Positions 30,314 through 40,964 of a stretch of 64,000 nt of DNA are shown here, piece after piece. Numbering within the stretch: position 1 is the first letter of the stretch; every line of letters begins with the position of its first letter. A program made the translations under genes and the position numbers. The notes below the pieces were generated by a model, which was not told where the DNA came from, did no database searches, and saw only the letters and a program-made list of their open reading frames with translations. Origin of the DNA: Nemertoderma westbladi (taxonomy: Eukaryota; Animalia; Xenacoelomorpha); contig JAUCBJ010008074.1 in assembly GCA_032718475.1 (NCBI GenBank), forward strand, positions 19,127 to 83,126, read 5' to 3'.

Positions 30314-31617
30314 TGTTGCCGTTATTCCCGACACCATGGGGGAAAACGCCGATGCTGGAGGCGGAATTTTCAGACCACGGGATTCCGGCCAGTCACCGGA
30401 TATTGGGAGTGGAGAAGGAGTCCTTTCTGAGATGCAAGATTGCAATTGAGAAAACGTTGCATTGGTTGGATATAATCTTTTAATGTAACTTTCCTACAGT
30501 TGAATCTTGATTGAGAGTAAGTTGGGCTTCCCCACACCAATATACACCAAATATTCACAATAATATACGAACATATAAATTCCTACAGTACATTAATTAA
30601 TTACCCACTGTTCGCTTTAGATTTTAACCTAACTAATGATCCCCATTTTCCCTCGGTCCTAGTCCCGGTACCGTAGTGTCGGTGTCGGTCGACCCTGTTG
30701 CGTGTCCGTCCCACCCTTCCCGAACCCCAAAGGGATCGGTCATCAGGAAAGCGGTAAGGCTTGGCTAGGGGTCTGTCGGTTCATCGCAGGGTCCCAACCA
30801 CCTAAGCTTTCCGAGTCCCTTTCAGGCTCGTAGTCGCTTCGGTAGCCGAGAAGCTGCTCCGAATAGTCGGTAGGCCAGTAGAGTCCGGTCCTTTGTCTTT
30901 CGACCCCGTTGAGTGTCCGTCCCACCCTTCCCTAACCCCGAAGGGATCGGTCATCAGGAAAGCGGTACGGCTTGGCAAGGGGTCTGTCAGCCTGTTGTGA
31001 GTCCCAACTGTCGGTTGCTTTCTGAGTCCTTATTCAGGCTCGTACTAACGCCAGTCGTGGAACCCACTCCAGGAAGGCAGTCCTCGTCGAACCCTTCCTC
31101 CGTTTAGTCGGTCGATCCGTTGCAAGTCACCGGTGCAGTCGGCAAGCTTTCCGAGTCCTTATTCAGGCTCGTAATAACTGCCGGTGACCAGGGACCGCTA
31201 AGGATCTGTCTGTCGGTTTCCGTCGCAAATCCCTGACACAATCAGCAGACTTTCCGAGTCCTTATTCAGGCTCGTAATAACTGCTGTTGGCCAGGAACCG
31301 CTAAGGGCAGTCCTTGTCCCTAGGCCTAGCGAGTTACCAAATCCACCTCTACAGGCAGCAGGAAGTTGGCTAGGCCTAATAGTATCAGGTAAACCTGAGT
31401 ACTGCTTGATTTTGCCTCCCACCCTTGGCCCTTAAATATCTGATATGAGTCCCGTGCCCCGTAAGTCGCCCCAATATTCGCCCGTGAATCGCACCCAGTC
31501 CATTGAATATACCCAAATTCCATGTTCCCGCACCCAGTACTGATATTGGAATATTCATTATAAATAAATCCAAAAAATATTCAACTCGCGTTATGAAAAG
31601 TTGAAATACCGCGAACA
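30314..31617 (-). repeat. 3' LTR of element 2 (~1.3 kb)
   Basis: TGTTGCCGTTATTCCCG...TACCGCGAACA shared with 43877-45368. Confidence 0.9.
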
Positions 31618-31794
31618 GTCCCCCCCAATGACCTTCGTGAGGTCTATCGGTAGATCGAGTTTGCGTAGGTCATTTCCCATATAAAAAACCCAAATTTTAA
31701 TATTGCATAGTCATGATTAATTTTTCCTAGAGTTAGTTTATGTAGATATAAAAATAAATGTTCGATATAAATGTCCATAGAATATCCTGGTCCT

Positions 31795-33579
31795 CTATTT
31801 CTTACTCTGATACGCTTTCCTTCTCTTCGCCCGTCTACTCTCGTCGATCGCCAGTGCAGGTAGGGGAGCGTCAACGTCCATCGCGAGCATCGCTGCAGCT
31901 TGTCTCCTGGCGGCCCTTCCTTTGGATGGTAGCGGGATCATGTCCGTCCGTCTCTCCAACTCGGTAGTGCGTGCCTCTAGAAACCACTTTCCATCACCGA
32001 ATTCTTCTTTGTAGGAGTATAAGCGCCTGAGGATCTCGAAGGGACCGAATAATCCAGCGCTCAATAGTAGATCCACATAATGGAATGGTAGTGTCGATGC
32101 CGTATGGAGGCGTTCTGGGAACGAGAAGTATCCGCACGCCATCTCTTGCGCGACATTTCGAGCGCTTCTCCACACTTTGGTCTTTACGTGGTTATTGGCG
32201 TAGGTTTCAAACATAACCATATTTCCCATAGCTGTTACGTCTTTAGTAGGACACTTTATGTTACAACGGGGACTCGCGGAATGTCCACGGAAACCGCATT
32301 TTGTGCAGAGGTTGTAAAGGGTAGGACAAACCGAAACATCGTGGCCCGATATCGCGCAATAGGGACAGTAAAGTATCCCAAGGAGCTGGAGGCACAAATC
32401 GGTAACCCGATTTCTCCTTCCGCGTGGACACTGTTCCGAACTGCAGTTTCCGCACACCTCCAGTTGCATCTCCCGGCCGAAGAATATCGGGATCGGTACG
32501 CCGGCGTAATACTCCAGCCATCGGTCACTTTTGGGGATACTCGCAGTTGCCGGTAGCCCGCGGAATGCTGGGCTTTGGTGGAATATGTTCTCGCTACGAT
32601 AACCTTCCTTATAGCCCGCCGGTCGCATCCCGGGAGCCTGTTTCTGGCGGTGGATCCACTCGGTTTGTTCGGCATACCATCGGGTAAGTCGCATAGGGTC
32701 TTGTGGAATGGAGGGGGCCATCGCCACAGCCGGTCGGCGAAGGGGTACTGGCGATTTCGTCAGTCTCACTTCCCGGAATCCACGCATGAATTCTGTGGAT
32801 CGCAACCAGGCTAACAGGGTTTGGGTGTCGACGAAGTGACTAATGGTGCTGAGGTCTTCTTGTCGGTTTCTTCCGAAGGGAGCATTGGCGTAGTCATTCC
32901 GGATATCCGCTTTTATATCTGACCCAATCGTAATAACATCGAAATCGAATAGGATCTGTTGGATCTCCGGTGGTAATAACCAGATCGCTCCGGATGTCCG
33001 CACCTCCTGTTTGGGTGTCGAGAAGATCCGACATATTAACACTAGACCGTCTAGGGTTCCGAGGACGACGACTAATGATCGACCGTATTCCTTTGTCCCA
33101 TACTTCTCCTGGTAGTCATCGCGGTTCTGGATGACCGATATACGCTCCTCTCGTAGCGACGTTGTACATTCCGCTAGGTTTCCCCAGTGGGTGAGGTATG
33201 TACTCTTGTCGTCGACGAAACTTTGGCATCGCACCAACGTAATCGCTTTCGAAGTGGGCGTCGCGTTTCCCTCGTTGTCATATATCAAACATCGGGATTT
33301 GTAGACGCTTCGACGGAACGTTTCCCAGAACGTCAACTCCGCTCCTCTGGTTGCCTTTGCGTTCCGAGTTCTTTTCAGGCTCGTACTAGCATCGGACAAC
33401 CAGAGCTCTCGTAGATTACGGGAATCCGGTTCCTCTCGCCCAGAGAATTTAATGATTCGCACATTCTCTGTTATCAGGGCGTTCCATTTCGTATCAAAGT
33501 TAGGAGATCTAGGCTGTGGATATTCCAGTAAATCGAGAGTGTTACGTAATTCGCCGAGAATTTGGCGATTTGAGTCCAT
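31795..33579 (-). CDS. Element 2 ORF3: DEDDy-like exonuclease N-part plus CCHC cluster (probably internally deleted)
   Basis: IYDNEG, LVVVLGTLDGLVLI, LPPEIQQIL...IGSDIKAD, FVDTQ; CPYCAISGHDVSVCPTLYNLCTKCGFRGH; FETYAN, CGYF, LPFHY match element 1 ORF3. Confidence 0.78.
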   Translation of the reverse strand: MDSNRQILGELRNTLDLLEYPQPRSPNFDTKWNALITENVRIIKFSGREEPDSRNLRELWLSDASTSLKRTRNAKATRGAELTFWETFRRSVYKSRCLIYDNEGNATPTSKAITLVRCQSFVDDKSTYLTHWGNLAECTTSLREERISVIQNRDDYQEKYGTKEYGRSLVVVLGTLDGLVLICRIFSTPKQEVRTSGAIWLLPPEIQQILFDFDVITIGSDIKADIRNDYANAPFGRNRQEDLSTISHFVDTQTLLAWLRSTEFMRGFREVRLTKSPVPLRRPAVAMAPSIPQDPMRLTRWYAEQTEWIHRQKQAPGMRPAGYKEGYRSENIFHQSPAFRGLPATASIPKSDRWLEYYAGVPIPIFFGREMQLEVCGNCSSEQCPRGRRNRVTDLCLQLLGILYCPYCAISGHDVSVCPTLYNLCTKCGFRGHSASPRCNIKCPTKDVTAMGNMVMFETYANNHVKTKVWRSARNVAQEMACGYFSFPERLHTASTLPFHYVDLLLSAGLFGPFEILRRLYSYKEEFGDGKWFLEARTTELERRTDMIPLPSKGRAARRQAAAMLAMDVDAPLPALAIDESRRAKRRKAYQSKK

Positions 33580-34776
33580 ATTTTAAATTATGTCCGTTGC
33601 AAATGTACATCAGTTAATTATAAATCCAGAAAGTCTGATTCTATAGTGACTGCAGAATAATTCAGTTTATTATTATTCAGTTTATTATTGCTATATAGGC
33701 ATCTACCATCTTATTGCTACTACATTCAGTATTTACAGTTACTATAGCTATACATTAATATCCAACCAGTTTTTTACTTTTTATGTCCTATTCTTTTTCC
33801 AATTCTTTTCTTTTCTACATTTTATACATTTTTTTGTCTTTTTTCATTTATCATTTATTATTCATTTCACATTTCATTATTTCTTTCCACATTTCATCAT
33901 TTATTTCCACATTTCATCATTTATTTCCACATTTCATCATTTATTTCACATTTATTACACATTTCATTTATTTCCATTTCATCATTGGGGTTATAGCCCC
34001 CCGACTATCATCATTTTGTTATAAGCGCAGCACCAGGGTGCGCATCATTACATTTTCATCATCATATGCGTCATCATTCAGTTTATAGTAGGGTTGTCTG
34101 TTTCTTTTCATCATTTCCAAACTACATTCAACCATCTTCTTTGGGAAATTTTCGTTGTGGAAGGGGTGTTACGCGGCAATCTGGGATCTACAGCTGGGCT
34201 AGTTACACCGCCTATGCCCCAAACTGCACACGTAACGGACAATGAAGACGCTGGAAGTGAAGTCACGTGGAATGCACCAGGGACCCACCAGAATAACACT
34301 CCCAGCAACATAAAGTTCAGCCGACGAAGTCATGTGGGATGGGGTTACGCAACATTCTGGGATCTACAGCTGGACTAGTTACACCGCCTATGCCCCAAAA
34401 TCCACGCAACGGTCCCACCAGAATAACGCGACTGAGAAACATAAAACCTCTATCGACGAAGTCATGTGGATGCACCATGGACCCACCAGAATAACGGGAT
34501 AGAGGGGGTGTTGCGCGGCAATCCAGGATCTACAGCTGGACTAGTTACACCGCCTACCAATAATCCAATGTCGTTGGTCCCGATGACCAAAATCAGGGTA
34601 AACAATACATAAACGACCCTGCGTCAGTCGAAACATCTGCAGGGTGACGCTGGACTCCACATAACACACGAGGAAACACAAATACCATTGCGTGGTTGCA
34701 GTTGGTTTAAGGGGGTTCCATTACTCATTGTCAGTAAATCACGTTTTAAAGAGTTTGTCAACAGGATGAGAAGGGT

Positions 34777-37700
34777 TTAAACGGGTTTAGCATTGTCACC
34801 AATGTCTGCAGCAGGATCCGTAGTAGGGAACTTATCACCTCTCGTGGAGTCACCACTGCCATTGCCTTCGAGAAGGCACAGCTTCTGGATAGGGCGTTGG
34901 TAGTGGCCCTTTGCCGTTCGTATCGTCACAGTCCTCGCAAGTCCCTCTTTGCTCGCTTGTATTGCCACGACTCGCGCCACAGGCCAGTGGACGCGGTCTT
35001 TAAGGTCTTCCTTAACTAGCACCATGTCGCCAACTGCGACATTCCTGTAGGTGTTATTCCACTTCCTCCTGGTCCGGAGGGTTATGAGGTACTCCTGGGC
35101 ACAGATTCTCCACCAATGCGCTGCCAACACTTGGGCCTTCTTCCAGTTTGTATGTCTCGCGATATCGTTGGGATCCGGAAACATTGTCTCTGGGAGAACA
35201 TGAGTTTTAGGTCTCCCCAGTAGGTGGTTAGGAGTAAGGGGCTCCAGGTCTGTGGGGTCGTCGCGGATAGGGACAATGGGTCGGTTGTTCAGGGTAGCCG
35301 TGATCTCACAGAATGTTGTGCGGAGGGTGTCATGGTTTACCCGGGTGTCTCCTAGAGCGACGCGCATGGATCGTTTCACTAGGTCGATCAGTTTCTCCCA
35401 TACCCCGCTCGTATGGGGTGCTAAGGGGGTCTGGAAGTGCCACTGTATCTGGTGTTCCTTCCAGACTTGGGATGCGGTGTTATCGGTAAACCATCCCTCG
35501 ATCGCCTCTCTGCTCGCTGGGTATTTGACTTTGTATTCAACCGGGGCATTTGCCATCCGGGTATTCAGTCGAATCAGTCCGTCCTCTCCCATCATTGGTC
35601 TCAGTTGGTAGACTGGGCTGTCCGGTTTCAAGATCTTGCCCGCACTGAGTTGTTCCCACTCATCGGGGAAACTTTCTCTCTGGACATATCCAACGATACA
35701 CTTCTCCGCGATAATGAGTTCTTGTATGCTCCGTTTAACTATCGGCTTGTTGTCTTTCCACCGTAGGAAATTGCGAAGGGTTATAATGTGGTGGACGAGC
35801 CGTCTCATTGATGAAGTTCGCTCGATCAACAGATGTAAGGACGCCGCTGGTTGAGTGATCGTCGCGACGTTATAGTGCCTGCCCGAGTCCTTTGCAGGCT
35901 CGGTCAGACAACTATAAATTTCCACTGCGTTGCTTCTATGGACTTTACGGATCTCTTTGTCGTCCTCGGAGTATTTTCTGCTATCGAGTTCGGGATCGAA
36001 TCGGGTACTCCATGTTAATTGTGGTTGTTGTAGGAATTCCGGGCCTGTAAGCCAGAGTTTACTCTTACCGAGTTGTTTTGGGGTGGCGCCTCGGCTTGAT
36101 AAGTCCGCTGGATTTTCTTTCCCGTTCACGTGGTGCCACTGTTCTCGGCCGGTACACTGTTTTATCTCCGTGGCTCGGTTCGCTACAAACGTGGTGTGAC
36201 GCCGTGATGGAGAGTGGAGATAGTAGAGGACGATACTCGAATCGACCCAGAAGTGTTGAGATTCGATGGGGATTCGTAGGTTCCGCATGACCATGCGGTT
36301 CTGTCTCACTGCCCAAACCGCAGCCTGTAGCTCAAGTCTTGGAATCGTTGCTACGAATTCCCCGGATACTGTCTTAGCTTTAGAAAATAAGAAGCTCGTA
36401 TCGCCATTTCCATCATTGCTTAGTCTTCTTAAGAAGGTGACTACGCCGATTCCGGTATTCAAAGCATCCGAGAAGGTATGGAGCTGGAAGATATCGGTGG
36501 GTAGTTTATCGAGGAAGAACGGTCGAGGGATCGCATAAGATGTAGGTGTTCGAGCTGTTCCGTCCATTTTCTCCATTTGACACTGAGGTGTGGGGGGAGT
36601 TCTTCATCCCATCCTAGTCCTTCTATCCACATTTCTTTAATCAGATTCATTCCGGCCAAGGTTACCGGAGATATGAAATTTAGTGGGTCGAATATTGCAC
36701 TTTTTATCGACAAACATCCCCTTTTCGTCATAGGCTTGGGTAGGGGGTTATATTTGAAAATGAATTCGTCTGATTCTATATCCCATTCGATACCGAGTAC
36801 ATGGTGTTCCACATCCTCGGAATACATTTTGTTGTTGTCCAGTCGGATGTCCTCCGGAAACTTTTCCATAAGTTTCTTGTCGTGGGATCTGAACTTCACG
36901 AGCGGAAAACCTCCTTTCTTTAAACATTCTACCATCCCCATTGCTAGCTGAAATGCCTCGTCGACATTATCTGCGCCGGCGCATCCGTCGTCCACGTAGA
37001 AGCATCGTCGGATGGTTTCTATGACGGTTGGAGGGAACTCGTTTTCGCACATAGTTGCCGTTTTCTTCAGCATGTCACTACATGCTACCGGCGAGTCCTT
37101 AGCACCGAAGATCCTGACGATCATGCGCATTACGTCTATATCCTTCATTGTAAGTTGACTAATCTCCTGTTGAGTTAATGTTTTATCCGTCCATAGTATA
37201 CGTAGACAGTCTGAGTCTCTGGGTAGCGTACGGACCTGGTGAAACATGGCTTTAATGTCGCAGGTGAATGCTATCTGGTTTTCCCTGAACCTGATCAACA
37301 CGCCAATGAGTGTACTGTATATGTTGGGCCCCGTGTAAAGCTGGCTGTTCAGGGATTCGCCTTGATACATAGCGGCGGCATCATTGACTACTCGGATTTT
37401 ACCACCCTTCCGGGCTTCTACCACATAGTGGGTTGGAAGATAATATGTTCTGTTACCCCCTTGCAGTTCATTCCGGGGTACCATTTCTGCTAATCCATCC
37501 TCGAGATATCCTTTGATTACAGTATTATATTTCTCCTTTATCTCGGGTTGGTCATTCAGCCGGCGTAAGATCCCCTTAAGTCGCCTAAGGGCCATGTTGG
37601 CGTTATTTGCCATTGGTTTATTTGGGTCCTTCCATAACATGGGTGAACTCCAGTGTCCGTCTTTGAACGTGGCCTGGTCTAGGACGTCCATACAATATTG

Positions 37701-38425
37701 ATCCTCTTCGGACGGGTTTTCGTCCTTTTCAGCGAACTCTTGGGTCTCTAGATTAAAGTATTTAGTCATCTCTTGCTGGGTTTTCTCTGTCTCGAGAAAC
37801 AAATCCTCGTCAATGTCTGTAGCTGAACAATAACCCACGGATGTTGCATTCTCTTTAATCTGACATTTAGGAAGGTATGTATAGGTGTCAGTAGTCTCTT
37901 TCTTGATGCCGCAGAGTGTCCATCCCATTATTGTTCGTTCGGCGTAAAAGCCGTCATCCTGCTTTATAGATCGGGCGACGTCTCCGGTGTGTATGTGTAA
38001 TTCCGGTGTATCAAGTCCGATCAGTAGGGTGATGCGGTTTACATCCAACGGCGGGCACCTTAGGTCTACATCGTCTCGGTCCAACTGTATGAGGGGGGCG
38101 TACTCGGCTGATTGTCGGAACCACACTCGTAGGTTGGTGTGTACCAAGGCGTTCTCGATGGTCAGCTTAACTGTCTCGTAGCCCTTCATTACTACTTCCA
38201 TCTGGAGCTGCACCTCCCCGGATTCTACCTCTCTATGGTCGGTGATAGTTTGTATGGGCCGTTTGCAAGGTTCATAGTCTAGGCCGAGTTGCTCAAGGAA
38301 ATCCCAGTCGATGATGGTTCCGTCCGATCCGTTATCAAGGAACGCGAGCGTCGTCAAGGATTTGCCGACCCCTTGAATTCTTACTGGGATTACTTTGGCA
38401 AAGACCATGTAACGGCGATTTATAA
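34777..38425 (-). pseudogene. pol: Element 2 pol (PR, RT, RNase H, partial IN); frameshift ~36545; integrase Zn finger and part of core deleted near 35517
   Basis: FLDNGS, FYVDDG, HTFSDA, NPADLSSRG; KVKYP joins directly to ASREAIEG..WHFQTPLAPH. Confidence 0.9.
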
Positions 38426-40953
38426 CTACTACTACTAGGATCGGCATGCTGCATTGCAGCTGCATTTTCAAGAATGCTGTGCCGGCCTGTCAACAAAATC
38501 GCACCGCCACAACTCCCTATCACCCATGACATTTGCTAGATCATCCGCATCTTTAAGGCCAGTGTCCTTTAAGATGCGTCTCAAGAAAGTCATGGGCTGT
38601 CCACCATGCTTATTCACTCCATGAGGCTGCCAAAGTACAAGATTATGCACTGGCTGGTCCTCACGGCGAAAGCAATGTCCTGCAAAGCGGAGGCGATTTT
38701 GTTCTAGTGTCAAGCTTGGGGGAACCAATGAGACACCTCCAATGTTATATAGTGTCTGGTTGGAGATGTGTGCATTGTACTTGACACAATGAACCCGGCG
38801 TAGCATTCTTGTGAATGTGCCATCCAGAGATTTGGTGTCCTCAGCAGTTAGAGCCCAGCATGGACTCCCGTAGAAGAGTACTGGAACTACTGCTGCTCTA
38901 AATAATCGGACCTTAAGTTTCCGATTAATTCTCGGTGATTTCCAAATCCTGGAAAGCCTATTCAAAGCTGTCCATGCCTTTCCCTTACGTATTCGAAGGT
39001 CCTCACCTGACTTCCGGATCCATGATCCCAGGTAACAGAAGTCGTCCACATGCTCAAGCATACCATCCTTTGAGCTTATGCTCATCCGACCAGAGACTTG
39101 CTGAGGACTTTCAAAGTTAACAGTCAGAATTTTGGTCTTTCTGGAGTTAATAAAAAGACCAACACTAGAAGCAGCATGTTCTAATGAGCTGAGGAGCCGT
39201 TGGGCTCCCTCTAATGATTCTGAGAGTACTCCTAAATCATCAGCAAAGTCTAGATCAGTTAGGTACTTGGCAGGATTTCCTCGACTTCTGGAGCCAGTAT
39301 GTGGAGTTATCATCACCCCATCATCATTATGATGATCTAAGGACATGCGTAGAACATAGTCAACCACAATAATGAACAAGAATGGTGCAAGTGTGTCTCC
39401 TTGGAGGACGCCCCATAACACTTCAAATGGTTCTGTGTCACCGTCAACAGTAGACACAAATGTTGTCGAACCATCGTATACTGATCTGATTGCTGCAATA
39501 ATTTCATCAGGAATCCCATATAATGAAAGTATGCTGAACATACGTGAGCGAGAGACTGAATCAAAGGCCTTGAAGAAGTCAACAAAGATAACAGCCAGAT
39601 GCCTGTCTTTCTTTTTTGATAATTCTTCAATTATCCTTCTAAGTGCCAAAATGGGCTCCATGGTCCCACGACCTTTACGGAACCCATTCTGATTTCCACG
39701 GAGCAGTCTCTCAATGGGATCCCTGATGCGATTTAATAGAATCCTATTGTATAGCTTTGCAGCAATCGAGATCAATGAGATTCCCCGAAAAGAACCATAG
39801 AGTGTTAGGTTGCCCTTCTTGGGAACTGGCACCAACTTATTTGTTTTCATTTCTTGTGGGACTCTTGCTGTTCGGTACATGTCTACTATGATGGGATAGA
39901 TGAGCTTTAAACATTCAGGTATTTTAAAGACCTCAGGGGGAACACCATCTACTCCACTGGCACGATTGGTCTTAATGCTCTTTGCAGCAGCCTTCACTTC
40001 TGCAAAGGAGATATCGCCAATGGGAATATCTGGGAGTACAGACTCAGACACTTTTACTTCTATAAAGTTATCAGGCAATACCCTGTCATTATTGAGGAGC
40101 TTTTCAAAGTGGGCTTTCCAACCATTGAGGCGATCGGCTGGTGATTCAGCCTTAACCTTGGTGGTTGGTTGGCTTTTCCGCCCAGTAAGCAGATTGATTG
40201 ATTTCCATGCCTGGGATGATTGCCTGCTGTCGTCAGCATCATTGATGGCATCAACCTGTTGGTTTATTAGCTCCTGTAGATTAACAGAGTACTGCCTGTT
40301 CAGGGACCTAGATGCAGCCTTAACTGCATTCTTGGCCGCTGTAGTCTGTTTGAGTCGGGACTCTTTCTGCGCCTTATGAAGGTCATTTCGGCACTTCTGA
40401 ATTTTGTTGTCAGTCCAGGGGGCCCTTTTCCTGTTTCGAGGGTATACAGGAACTGTTTCTGCAGCTGCTAACTTAACTGCTTCTGTAAAGGCAGTATAGC
40501 CCTCACAGTGATCTGCCGCCTCAGAGGCAAGAGCCTCATACCTGTTGCTCAGCTGTAGTGTGAAGCTGGATCTCACACTTGGCTGTTGCAACAGAGAGGA
40601 CCAGTCATGCCGCGGCAAGGCAGATTTCGTTGTTCTGCTAGCACGCAGACTAAGTCTTACCTTGGCCACAATAAGGCGGTGATCACTGGAGAAGGGTCAA
40701 AGTGTAAATGCATTACAGTCTTGTATAGAGCTCCTGTATTTCCTACGAAACAGAATATGGTCTATCTGGGACTTGTGACCACTGGGTCCACTATGAGTCC
40801 ATAGCTTTCCAGTTCGCTTCTTGAACTGGGTTCCAGCCGAAAACAATCCATTTCCAGAGATAAAATCCTGAAGATGGACGGAATTTCGGTTAACACTATT
40901 GCTATAGACCCAGGGCGATGTAGGTGATTGATGCAGACTTGCATTAAGCGATT
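38426..40953 (-). mobile_element. 5'-truncated RTE LINE nested in element 2
   Basis: End of EN domain (QIDHIL, SDHR) plus RT (GVLQGDTLAP, DFADDL); (TAG)n tail; 11-bp TSD GCGATTTATAA at 38415-38425 and 40954-40964. Confidence 0.95.
38468..40669 (-). CDS. RTE ORF, reverse transcriptase portion
   Basis: VPVPKKG, QNGFRKGR, VDFFKAFDSV, DFADD, FCYLGSWI. Confidence 0.9.
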   Translation of the reverse strand: MAKVRLSLRASRTTKSALPRHDWSSLLQQPSVRSSFTLQLSNRYEALASEAADHCEGYTAFTEAVKLAAAETVPVYPRNRKRAPWTDNKIQKCRNDLHKAQKESRLKQTTAAKNAVKAASRSLNRQYSVNLQELINQQVDAINDADDSRQSSQAWKSINLLTGRKSQPTTKVKAESPADRLNGWKAHFEKLLNNDRVLPDNFIEVKVSESVLPDIPIGDISFAEVKAAAKSIKTNRASGVDGVPPEVFKIPECLKLIYPIIVDMYRTARVPQEMKTNKLVPVPKKGNLTLYGSFRGISLISIAAKLYNRILLNRIRDPIERLLRGNQNGFRKGRGTMEPILALRRIIEELSKKKDRHLAVIFVDFFKAFDSVSRSRMFSILSLYGIPDEIIAAIRSVYDGSTTFVSTVDGDTEPFEVLWGVLQGDTLAPFLFIIVVDYVLRMSLDHHNDDGVMITPHTGSRSRGNPAKYLTDLDFADDLGVLSESLEGAQRLLSSLEHAASSVGLFINSRKTKILTVNFESPQQVSGRMSISSKDGMLEHVDDFCYLGSWIRKSGEDLRIRKGKAWTALNRLSRIWKSPRINRKLKVRLFRAAVVPVLFYGSPCWALTAEDTKSLDGTFTRMLRRVHCVKYNAHISNQTLYNIGGVSLVPPSLTLEQNRLRFAGHCFRREDQPVHNLVLWQPHGVNKHGGQPMTFLRRILKDTGLKDADDLANVMGDRELWRCDFVDRPAQHS

Positions 40954-40964
40954 GCGATTTATAA

